NCBI GenBank assembly: GCA_964016885.1
Contig: OZ024741.1
Location: 31,992,001-32,056,000, forward strand
Direction: 5' to 3'
DNA: 64,000 nt
Source of the DNA: Eledone cirrhosa
Taxonomy: Eukaryota
Shown: piece after piece, positions 47,601 to 61,700 of the stretch
Layout of the letters: every line of letters starts with the position of its first letter
How positions within the stretch are numbered: position 1 is the first letter of the stretch
The notes under the pieces: generated by a model
The model's database searches: none
Told to the model about the DNA's origin: nothing
The model's input: only the letters and a program-made list of their open reading frames with translations
Position numbers and translations under genes: made by a program

Positions 47601-50600
47601 CACCAACACCAGTATCGTCAAGATACCTCACCTTGACACCAACACCAGTATCGTCAAGATACCTCACTCTGACACCAACACCAGTATCGTCAAGATACCT
47701 CACCCTGACAACAACACCAGTATCGTCAAGATACCTCACCCTGACACCAACACCAGTATCGTCAAGATACCTCACCCTGACACCAACACCAGTATCGTCA
47801 AGATACCTCACTCTGACACCAACACCAGTAACGTCAAGATACCTCACTCTGACACCAACACCAGTATCGTCAAGACACCTCACCCTGACACCAACACCAG
47901 TATCGTCAAGATACCTCACTCTGACACCAACACCAGTATCGTCAAGATACCTCACTCTGACACCAACACCAGTATCGTCAAGATACCTCACTCTGACACC
48001 AACACCAGTATCGTCAGGATACCTCACTCTGACACCAACACCAGTATCGTCAAGATACCTCACCCTGACACCAACACCAGTATCGTCAAGATACCTCACT
48101 CTGACACCAACACCAGTATCGTCAAGATACCTCACTCTGACACCAACACCAGTATCGTCAAGATACCTCACTCTGACACCAACACCAGTATCGTCAAGAT
48201 ACCTCACCCTGACACCAACACCAGTATCGTCAAGATACCTCACTCTGACACCAACACCAGTATCGTCAAGATACCTCACCCTGACACCAACACCAGTATC
48301 GTCAAGATACCTCACTCTGACAACATCACCAATATCGTCAAGATACCTCACTCTGACAACATCACCAATATCGTCAAGATACCTCACTCTGACACCAACA
48401 CCAGTATCGTCAAGATACCTCACCCTGACACCAACACCAGTATCGTCAAGATACCTCACTCTGACAACATCACCAATATCGTCAAGATACCTCGCTCTGA
48501 CACCAACACCAATATCGTCAAGATACCTCACTCTGACACCAACCCCAATATCGTCACGATACCTCACTCTGACACCAACACCAGTATCGTCAAGACACAT
48601 CACTCTGACACCAACACCAGTATCGTCAAGATACCTCACTCTGACACCAACACCAGTATCGTCAAGATACCTCACTCTGACAACATCACCAGTATCGTCA
48701 AGATACCTCACCCTGACACCAACACCAGTGTCGTCAAGACACCTCACTCTGACACCAACACCAGTATCGTCAAGATACCTCACTCTGACACCAACACCAG
48801 TATCGTCAAGATACATAACTCTGACACCAACACCAGTATCGTCAAGATACCTTACTCTGACACCAACACCAGTATCGTCAAGATACCTCACTCTGACAAC
48901 ATCACCAGTATCGTCAAGATACCTCACTCTGACAACATCACCAGTATCGTCAAGATACCTCACTCTGACACCAACACCAGTATCGTCAAGATACCTCACT
49001 CTGACAACATCACCAATATCGTCAAGATACCTCACTCTGACAACATCACCAATATCGTCAAGATACCTCACTCTGACAACATCACCAGTATCGTCAAGAT
49101 ATCTCACTCTGACACCAACACCAGTATCGTCAAGATACCTCACTCTGACAACATCACCAGTATCGTCAGGATACCTCACTCTGACACCAACACCAGTATC
49201 GTCAAGATACCTCACTCTGACAACATCACCAGTAACGTCAAGATACCTCACTCTGACACCAACACCAGTATCGTCAAGATACCTCACTCTGACACCAACA
49301 CCAGTATCGTCAAGATACCTCACTCTGACACCAACACCAGTATCGTCAAGATACCTCACTCTGACACCAACACCAGTATCGTCAAGATACCTCACTCTGA
49401 CACCAACACCAGTATCGTCAAGATACCTCACTCTGACACCAACACCAGTATCGTCAAGATACCTCACCCTGACAACAACACCAGTATCGTCAAGATACCT
49501 CACTCTGACACCAACACCAGTATCGTCAAGATACCTCACCCTGACACCAACACCAGTATCGTCAAGATAGCTCACCCTGACACCAACACCAGTATCGTCA
49601 AGATACCTCACTCTGACACCAACACCAGTAACGTCAAGATACCTCACTCTGACACCAACACCAGTATCGTCAAGACACCTCACCCTGACACCAACACCAG
49701 TATCGTCAAGATACCTCACTCTGACACCAACACCAGTATCGTCAAGATACCTCACTCTGACACCAACATCAGTATCGTCAAGATACCTCACTCTGACACC
49801 AACACCAGTATCGTCAAGATACCTCACTCTGACACCAACACCAGTATCGTCAAGATACCTCACCCTGACACCAACACCAGTATCGTCAAGATACCTCACT
49901 CTGACACCAACACCAGTATCGTCAAGATACCTCACTCTGACACCAACACCAGTATCGTCAAGATACCTCACTCTGACACCAACACCAGTATCGTCAAGAT
50001 ACCTCACCCTGACACCAACACCAGTATCGTCAAGATACCTCACTCTGACACCAACACCAGTATCGTCAAGATACCTCACCCTGACACCAACACCAGTATC
50101 GTCAAGATACCTCACTCTGATAACATCACCAATATCGTCAAGATACCTCACTCTGACAACATCACCAATATCGTCAAGATACCTCACTCTGACACCAACA
50201 CCAGTATCGTCAAGATACCTCACTCTGACACCAACACCAGTATCGTCAAGATAGCTCACCCTGACACCAACACCAGTATCGTCAAGATACCTCACTCTGA
50301 CAACATCACCAATATCGTCAAGATACCTCACTCTGACAACATCACCAATACCGTCAAGATACCTCACTCTGACACCAACCCCAGTATCGTCAAGATACCT
50401 CACTCTGACACCAACACCAGTATCGTCAAGATACCTCACTCTGACACCAACACCAGTATCATCAAGATACCTCACTCTGACACCAACACCAGTATCGTCG
50501 AGATACCTCACTCTGACACCAACACCAGTATCGTGAAGATACCTCACTCTGAAAACATCACCAGTATCGTCAAGATACCTCACTCTGACACCAACACCAG

Positions 50601-53070
50601 TATCGTCAAGATACCTCACCCTGACAACAACACCAGTATCGTCAGGACACCTCACTCTGACACCACCACCAGTATCGTCAAGATACCTCACTCTGACACC
50701 AACACCAGTATCGTCAAGATACCTCACTCTGACACCAACACCAGTATCGTCAAGATACCTCACTCTGACACCAACACCAGTATCGTCAAGATACCTCACT
50801 CTGACAACATCACCAGTATCGTCAAGATACCTCACCCTGACACCAACACCAGTATCGTCAAGATACCTCACTCTGACACCAACACCAGTATCGTCAAGAT
50901 ACCTCACCCTGACACCAACACCAGTATCGTCAGGATACCTCACCCTGACACCAACACCAGTATCGTCAGGATACCTCACATTGACACCAACCCCAGTATC
51001 GTCAAGATACATAACTCTGACACCAACACCAGTATCGTCAAGATACCTCACTCTGACACCAACCCCAGTATCGTCAAGATACCTCACTCTGACACCAACA
51101 CCAGTATCGTCAAGATACCTCACTCTGACACCAACACCAGTATCGTCAAGATACATAACTCTGACACCAACACCAGTATCGTCAAGATACCTCACTCTGA
51201 CACCAACACCAGTATCGTCAAGATACCTCACTCTGACAACATCACCAGTATCGTCAAGATACCTCACTCTGACAACATCACCAGTATCGTCAAGATACCT
51301 CACTCTGACACCAACACCAGTATCGTCAAGATACCTCACTCTGACAACATCACCAATATCGTCAAGATACCTCACTCTGACAACATCACCAATATCGTCA
51401 AGATACCTCACTCTGACAACATCACCAGTATCGTCAAGATATCTCACTCTGACACCAACACCAGTATCGTCAAGATACCTCACTCTGACAACATCACCAG
51501 TATCGTCAGGATACCTCACTCTGACACCAACACCAGTATCGTCAAGATACCTCACTCTGACAACATCACCAGTAACGTCAAGATACCTCACTCTGACACC
51601 AACACCAGTATCGTCAAGATACCTCACTCTGACACCAACACCAGTATCGTCAAGATACCTCACTCTGACACCAACCCCAGTATCGTCAAGATACCTCACT
51701 CTGACACCAACACCAGTATCGTCAAGATACCTCACATTGACACCAACACCAGTATCGTCAAGATACCTCACTCTGACACCAACACCAGTATCGTCAAGAT
51801 ACCTCAGCCTGACAACAACACCAGTATCGTCAAGATACCTCACCCTGACACCAACACCAGTATCGTCAAGATACCTCACCCTGACACCAACACCAGTATC
51901 GTCAAGATACCTCACTCTGACACCAACACCAGTAACGTCAAGATACCTCACTCTGACACCAACACCAGTATCGTCAAGACACCTCACCCTGACACCAACA
52001 CCAGTATCGTCAAGATACCTCACTCTGACACCAACACCAGTATCGTCAAGATACCTCACCCTGACACCAACACCAGTATCGTCAAGATACCTCACTCTGA
52101 CAACATCACCAATATCGTCAAGATACCTCACTCTGACAACATCACCAATATCGTCAAGATACCTCACTCTGACACCAACACCAGTATCGTCAAGATACCT
52201 CACCCTGACACCAACACCAGTATCGTCAAGATACCTCACTCTGACAACATCACCAATATCGTCAAGATACCTCACTCTGACACCAACACCAATATCGTCA
52301 AGATACCTCACTCTGACACCAACCCCAATATCGTCACGATACCTCACTCTGACACCAACACCAGTATCGTCAAGACACATCACTCTGACACCAACACCAG
52401 TATCGTCAAGATACCTCACTCTGACACCAACACCAGTATCGTCAAGATACCTCACTCTGACAACATCACCAGTATCGTCAAGATACCTCACCCTGACACC
52501 AACACCAGTGTCGTCAAGACACCTCACTCTGACACCAACACCAGTATCGTCAAGATACCTCACTCTGACACCAACACCAGTATCGTCAAGATACCTCACT
52601 CTGACAACATCACCAGTATCGTCAAGATACCTCACCCTGACACCAACACCAGTGTCGTCAAGACACCTCACTCTGACACCAACACCAGTATTGTCAAGAT
52701 AACTCACTCTGACACCAACACCAGTATCGTCAGGACACCTCACTCTGACAACATCACCAATATCGTCAAGATACCTCACTCTGACAACATCACCAGTATC
52801 GTCAAGATACCTCACTCTGACAACATCACCAGTATCGTCAAGATACCTCACCCTGACACCAATACCAGTATCGTCAAGATACCTCACTCTGACACCAACA
52901 CCAGTATCGTCAAGATACCTCACTCTGACACCAACACCAGTATCGTCAAGATACCTCACTCTGACAACATCACCAGTATCGTCAAGATACCTCACTATGA
53001 CACCAACACCAGTATCGTCAAGATACCTCACTCTGACACCAACACCAGTATCGTCAGGACACCTCACTCT
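40365..53070. repeat. Higher-order tandem duplication, period 6,516 bp (181 monomers); the second copy lacks 9 monomers near 52.0 kb; ends approximate
   Basis: Marker pairs 43054/49570, 44465/50981 and 42212/48728 differ by 6516. Later pairs 46510/52702 and 46805/52997 differ by 6192 (= 6516 - 324). Confidence 0.9.
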
Positions 53071-56000
53071 GACACCAACACCAGTATCGTCAAGATACCT
53101 CACTCTGACACCAACACCAGTATCGTCAAGATACCTCACTCTGACACCAACACCAGTATCGTCAAGATACCTCACTCTGACACCAACACCAGTATCGTCA
53201 AGACACCTCACTCTGACACCAACACCAGTATCGTCAAGATACCTCACCCTGACACCAACACCAGTATCGTCAAGATACCTCACTCTGACACTAACACCAA
53301 TATCGTCAAGATACCTCACTCTGACACCAACACCAGTATCGTCAAGATACCTCACTCTGACAACGTCACCAGTATCGTCAAGATACCTCACCCTGACAAC
53401 AACACCAGTATCGTGAGGACACCTCACTCTGACACCAACACCAGTATCGTCAAGATACCTCACTCTGACACCAACTCCAGTATCGTCAAGATACCTCACT
53501 CTGACAACATCACCAGTATCGTCAAGATATCTCACTCTGACACCAACACCAGTATCGTCAAGATACCTCACCCTGACACCAACACCAGTATCGTCAAGAT
53601 ACCTCACTCTGACACCAACACCAGTATCGTCAAGATACCTCACCCTGACAACAACACCAGTATCGTGAGGACACCTCACTCTGACACCAACACCAGTATC
53701 GTCAAGATACCTCACTCTGACACCAACTCCAGTATCGTCAAGATACCTCACTCTGACAACATCACCAGTATCGTCAAGATATCTCACTCTGACACCAACA
53801 CCAGTATCGTCAAGATATTTCACTCTGACACCATCACCAGTATCGTCAAGATACCTCACTCTGACAACATCACCAGTATCGTCAAGATATCTCACTCTGA
53901 CACCAACACCAGTATCGTCAAGATACCTCACTCTGACACCAACACCAGTATCGTCAAGATACCTCACTCTGACAACATCACCAGTATCGTCAAGATACCT
54001 CACTCTGACACCAACACCAGTATCGTCAAGATACCTCACTCTGACACCAACACCAGTATCGTTAAGATACCTCACTCTGACAACATCACCAGTTTCGTCA
54101 AGATACCTCACCCTGACACCAACACCAGTATCGTCAAGATACCTCACCCTGACACCAACACCAGTATCGTCAAGATACCTCACTCTGACAACATCACCAA
54201 TATCGTCAAGATACCTCACTCTGACAACATCACCAATATCATCAAGATACCTCACTCTGACACCAACACCAGTATCGTCAAGATACCTCACCCTGACACC
54301 AACACCAGTATCGTCAAGATACCTCACTCTGACAACATCACCAATATCGTCAAGATACCTCACTCTGACACCAACACCAATATCGTCAAGATACCTCACT
54401 CTGACACCAACCCCAATATCGTCAAGATACCTCACTCTGACACCAACACCAGTATCGTCAAGACACATCACTCTGACACCAACACCAGTATCGTCAAGAT
54501 ACCTCACTCTGACACCAACACCAGTATCGTCAAGATACCTCACTCTGACAACATCACCAGTATCGTCAAGATACCTCACCCTGACACCAACACCAGTGTC
54601 GTCAAGACACCTCACTCTGACACCAACACCAGTATCGTCAAGATACCTCACTCTGACACCAACACCAGTATCGTCAAGATACCTCACTCTGACAACATCA
54701 CCAGTATCGTCAAGATACCTCACCCTGACACCAACACCAGTGTCGTCAAGACACCTCACTCTGACACCAACACCAGTATTGTCAAGATAACTCACTCTGG
54801 CACCAACACCAGTATCGTCAGGACACCTCACTCTGACAACATCACCAATATCGTCAAGATACCTCACTCTGACAACATCACCAGTATCGTCAAGATACCT
54901 CACTCTGACAACATCACCAGTATCGTCAAGATACCTCACCCTGACACCAATACCAGTATCGTCAAGATACCTCACTCTGACACCAACACCAGTATCGTCA
55001 AGATACCTCACTCTGACACCAACACCAGTATCGTCAAGATACCTCACTCTGAGAACATCTCCAGTATCTTCAAGATACCTCACTCTGACACCAACACCAG
55101 TATCGTCAAGATACCTCACTCTGACACCAACACCAGTATCGTCAGGACACCTCACTCTGACACCAACACCAGTATCGTCAAGATACCTCACTCTGACACC
55201 AACACCAGTATCGTCAAGATACCTCACTCTGACACCAACACCAGTATCGTCAAGATACCTCACTCTGACACCAACACCAGTATCGTCAAGACACCTCACT
55301 CTGACACCAACACCAGTATCGTCAAGATACCTCACCCTGACACCAACACCAGTATCGTCAAGATACCTCACTCTGACACTAACACCAGTATCGTCAAGAT
55401 ACCTCACTCTGACACCAACACCAGTATCGTCAAGATACCTCACTCTGACAACGTCACCAGTATCGTCAAGATACCTCACCCTGACAACAACACCAGTATC
55501 GTGAGTACACCTCACTCTGACACCAACACCAGTATCGTCAAGATACCTCACTCTGACACCAACTCCAGTATCGTCAAGATACCTCACTCTGACAACATCA
55601 CCAGTATCGTCAAGATATCTCACTCTGACACCAACACCAGTATCGTCAAGATACCTCACCCTGACACCAACACCAGTATCGTCAAGATACCTCACTCTGA
55701 CACCAACACCAGTATCGTCAAGATACCTCACCCTGACAACAACACCAGTATCGTGAGGACACCTCACTCTGACACCAACACCAGTATCGTCAAGATACCT
55801 CACTCTGACACCAACTCCAGTATCGTCAAGATACCTCACTCTGACAACATCACCAGTATCGTCAAGATATCTCACTCTGACACCAACACCAGTATCGTCA
55901 AGATACCTCACTCTGACACCATCACCAGTATCGTCAAGATACCTCACTCTGACAACATCACCAGTATCGTCAAGATATCTCACTCTGACACCAACACCAG

Positions 56001-56210
56001 TATCGTCAAGATACCTCACTCTGACACCAACACCAGTATCGTCAAGATACCTCACTCTGACAACATCACCAGTATCGTCAAGATACCTCACTCTGACACC
56101 AACACCAGTATCGTCAAGATACCTCACTCTGACACCAACACCAGTATCGTCAAGATACCTCACTCTGACAACATCACCAGTTTCGTCAAGATACCTCACC
56201 CTGACACCAA
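52100..56210. repeat. Older, more diverged tandem duplication, period 2,088 bp (58 monomers); ends approximate
   Basis: AACGTCACC 53365/55453, GTGTC 52508/54596 and 52652/54740, and stops 52702/54790 all differ by 2088. The copies carry several private substitutions. Confidence 0.85.
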
Positions 56211-58779
56211 CACCAGTGTCGTCAAGATACCTCACTCTGACACCAGCACCAGTATCGTCAAGATACCTCACTCTGACACCAACACCAGTATCGTCAAGAT
56301 ACCTCACTCTGACAACATCACCAATATCGTCAAGATACCTCACTCTGACAACATCACCAATATCGTCAAGATACCTCACTCTGACAACATCACCAGTATC
56401 GTCAAGATATCTCACTCTGACACCAACACCAGTATCGTCAAGATACCTCATTCTGACAACATCACCAGTATCGTCAGGATACCTCACTCTGACACCAACA
56501 CCAGTATCGTCAAGATACCTCACTCTGACAACATCACCAGTAAAGTCAAGATACCTCACTCTGACACCAACACCAGTATCGTCAAGATACCTCACTCTGA
56601 CACCAACACCAGTATCGTCAAGATACCTCACCCTGACACCAACACCAGTATCGTCAAGATACCTCACCCTGACACCAACACCAGTATCGTCAAGATACCT
56701 CACTCTGACACCAACACCAGTATCGTCAAGATACCTCACTCTGACAACATCACCAGTATCGTCAAGATACCTCCCCCTAACACCAACACCAGTGTCGTCA
56801 AGACACCTCACTCTGACACCAACACCAGTATCGTCAATATACCTCACTCTGACACCAACACCAGTATCGTCAAGATACCTCACTCTGACACCAACACCAG
56901 TATCGTCAAGATACCTCACTCTGACAACATCACCAGTATCGTCAAGATACCTCACCCTGACACCAACACCAGTGTCGTCAAGACACCTCACTCTGACACC
57001 AACACCAGTATTGTCAAGATAACTCACTCTGACACCAACACCAGTATCGTCAGGACACCTCACTCTGACACCAACACCAGTATCGTCAAGACACATCACT
57101 CTGACACCAACACCAGTATCGTCAAGATACCTCACCCTGACACCAACACCAGTATCGTCAAGATACCTCACTCTGACACTAACACCAGTATCGTCAAGAT
57201 ACCTCACTCTGACACCAACACCAGTATCGTCAAGATACCTCACCCTGACACCAATACCAGTATCGTCAAGATACCTCACTCTGACACCAACACCAGTATC
57301 GTCAAGATACCTCACTCTGACACCAACACCAGTATCGTCAAGATACCTCACTCTGACAACATCACCAGTATCGTCAAGATACCTCACTCTGACACCAACA
57401 CCAGTATCGTCAAGATACCTCACTCTGACACCAACACCAGTATCGTCAGGACACCTCACTCTGACACCAACACCAGTATCGTCAAGATACCTCACTCTGA
57501 CACCAACACCAGTATCGTCAAGATACCTCACTCTGACACCAACACCAGTATCGTCAAGATACCTCACTCTGACACCAACACCAGTATCGTCAAGACACAT
57601 CACTCTGACACCAACACCAGTATCGTCAAGATACCTCACCCTGACACCAACACCAGTATCGTCAAGATACCTCACTCTGACACTAACACCAGTATCGTCA
57701 AGATACCTCACTCTGACACCAACACCAGTATCGTCAAGATACCTCACTCTGACAACATCACCAGTATCCTCAAGATACCTCACCCTGACACCAACACCAG
57801 TATCGTCAAGATACCACACTCTGACACCAACACCAGTATCGTCAAGACACATCACTCTGACACCAACACCAGTATCGTCAAGATACCTCACCCTGACACC
57901 AATACCAGTATCGTCAAGATACCTCACTCTGACACCAACACCAGTATCGTCAAGATACCTCACTCTGACACCAACACCAGTATCGTCAAGATACCTCACT
58001 CTGACAACATCACCAGTATCGTCAAGATACCTCACTCTGACACCAACACCAGTATCGTCAAGATACCTCACTCTGACACCAACTCCAGTATCGTCAGGAC
58101 ACCTCACTCTGACACCAACACCAGTATCGTCAAGATACCTCACTCTGACACCAACACCAGTATCGTCAAGATACCTCACTCTGACACCAACACCAGTATC
58201 GTCAAGATACCTCACTCTGACACCAACACCAGTATCGTCAAGACACATCACTCTGACACCAACACCAGTATCGTCAAGATACCTCACCCTGACACCAACA
58301 CCAGTATCGTCAAGATACCTCATTCTGACACTAACACCAGTATCGTCAAGATACCTCACTCTGACACCAACACCAGTATCGTCAAGATACCTCACTCTGA
58401 CAACATCACCAGTATCGTCAAGATACCTCACCCTGACACCAACACCAGTATCGTCAAGATACCTCACTCTGACACCAACACCAGTATCGTCAAGATACTT
58501 CACCCTGACAACAACACCAGTATCGTGAGGACACCTCACTCTGACACCAACACCAGTATCGTCAAGATACCTCACTCTGACACCAACTCCAGTATCGTCA
58601 AGATACCTCACTCTGACAACATCACCAGTATCGTCAAGATATCTCACTCTGACACCAACACCAGTATCGTCAAGATACCTCACTCTGACACCATCACCAG
58701 TATCGTCAAGATAGCTCACCCTGACAACATCACCAATATCGTCAAGATACCTCACTCTGACAACATCACCAATACCGTC

Positions 58780-61700
58780 AAGATACCTCACTCTGACAAC
58801 ATCACCAATACCGTCAAGATACCTCACTCTGACACCAACCCCAGTATCGTCAAGATACCTCACTCTGACACCAACACCAGTATCGTCAAGATACCTCACT
58901 CTGACACCAACACCAGTATCATCAAGATACCTCACTCTGACACCAACACCAGTATCGTCGAGATACCTCACTCTGACACCAACACCAGTATCGTGAAGAT
59001 ACCTCACTCTGACAACATCACCAGTATCGTCAAGATACCTCACTCTGACACCAACACCAGTATCGTCAAGATACCTCACCCTGACAACAACACCAGTATC
59101 GTCAGGACACCTCACTCTGACACCACCACCAGTATCGTCAAGATACCTCACTCTGACACCAACACCAGTATCGTCAAGATACCTCACTCTGACACCAACA
59201 CCAGTATCGTCAAGATACCTCACTCTGACACCAACACCAGTATCGTCAAGATACCTCACTCTGACAACATCACCAGTATCGTCAAGATACCTCACCCTGA
59301 CACCAACACCAGTATCGTCAAGATACCTCACTCTGACACCAACACCAGTATCGTCAAGATACCTCACCCTGACACCAACACCAGTATCGTCAGGATACCT
59401 CACCCTGACACCAACACCAGTATCGTCAGGATACCTCACATTGACACCAACCCCAGTATCGTCAAGATACATAACTCTGACACCAACACCAGTATCGTCA
59501 AGATACCTCACTCTGACACCAACCCCAGTATCGTCAAGATACCTCACTCTGACACCAACACCAGTATCGTCAAGATACCTCACTCTGACACCAACACCAG
59601 TATCGTCAAGATACATAACTCTGACACCAACACCAGTATCGTCAAGATACCTCACTCTGACACCAACACCAGTATCGTCAAGATACCTCACTCTGACAAC
59701 ATCACCAGTATCGTCAAGATACCTCACTCTGACAACATCACCAGTATCGTCAAGATACCTCACTCTGACACCAACACCAGTATCGTCAAGATACCTCACT
59801 CTGACAACATCACCAATATCGTCAAGATACCTCACTCTGACAACATCACCAATATCGTCAAGATACCTCACTCTGACAACATCACCAGTATCGTCAAGAT
59901 ATCTCACTCTGACACCAACACCAGTATCGTCAAGATACCTCACTCTGACAACATCACCAGTATCGTCAGGATACCTCACTCTGACACCAACACCAGTATC
60001 GTCAAGATACCTCACTCTGACAACATCACCAGTAACGTCAAGATACCTCACTCTGACACCAACACCAGTATCGTCAAGATACCTCACTCTGACACCAACA
60101 CCAGTATCGTCAAGATACCTCACTCTGACACCAACCCCAGTATCGTCAAGATACCTCACTCTGACACCAACACCAGTATCGTCAAGATACCTCACATTGA
60201 CACCAACACCAGTATCGTCAAGATACCTCACTCTGACACCAACACCAGTATCGTCAAGATACCTCACCCTGACAACAACACCAGTATCGTCAAGATACCT
60301 CACCCTGACACCAACACCAGTATCGTCAAGATACCTCACCCTGACACCAACACCAGTATCGTCAAGATACCTCACTCTGACACCAACACCAGTAACGTCA
60401 AGATACCTCACTCTGACACCAACACCAGTATCGTCAAGACACCTCACCCTGACACCAACACCAGTATCGTCAAGATACCTCACTCTGACACCAACACCAG
60501 TATCGTCAAGATACCTCACTCTGACACCAACACCAGTATCGTCAAGATACCTCACTCTGACACCAACACCAGTATCGTCAAGATACCTCACTCTGACACC
60601 AACACCAGTATCGTCAAGATACCTCACCCTGACACCAACACCAGTATCGTCAAGATACCTCACTCTGACACCAACACCAGTATCGTCAAGATACCTCACT
60701 CTGACACCAACACCAGTATCGTCAAGATACCTCACTCTGACACCAACACCAGTATCGTCAAGATACCTCACCCTGACACCAACACCAGTATCGTCAAGAT
60801 ACCTCACTCTGACACCAACACCAGTATCGTCAAGATACCTCACCCTGACACCAACACCAGTATCGTCAAGATACCTCACTCTGACAACATCACCAATATC
60901 GTCAAGATACCTCACTCTGACAACATCACCAATATCGTCAAGATACCTCACTCTGACACCAACACCAGTATCGTCAAGATACCTCACCCTGACACCAACA
61001 CCAGTATCGTCAAGATACCTCACTCTGACAACATCACCAATATCGTCAAGATACCTCACTCTGACACCAACACCAATATCGTCAAGATACCTCACTCTGA
61101 CACCAACCCCAATATCGTCACGATACCTCACTCTGACACCAACACCAGTATCGTCAAGACACATCACTCTGACACCAACACCAGTATCGTCAAGATACCT
61201 CACTCTGACACCAACACCAGTATCGTCAAGATACCTCACTCTGACAACATCACCAGTATCGTCAAGATACCTCACCCTGACACCAACACCAGTGTCGTCA
61301 AGACACCTCACTCTGACACCAACACCAGTATCGTCAAGATACCTCACTCTGACACCAACACCAGTATCGTCAAGATACCTCACTCTGACAACATCACCAG
61401 TATCGTCAAGATACCTCACCCTGACACCAACACCAGTGTCGTCAAGACACCTCACTCTGACACCAACACCAGTATTGTCAAGATAACTCACTCTGACACC
61501 AACACCAGTATCGTCAGGACACCTCACTCTGACAACATCACCAATATCGTCAAGATACCTCACTCTGACAACATCACCAGTATCGTCAAGATACCTCACT
61601 CTGACAACATCACCAGTATCGTCAAGATACCTCACCCTGACACCAATACCAGTATCGTCAAGATACCTCACTCTGACACCAACACCAGTATCGTCAAGAT

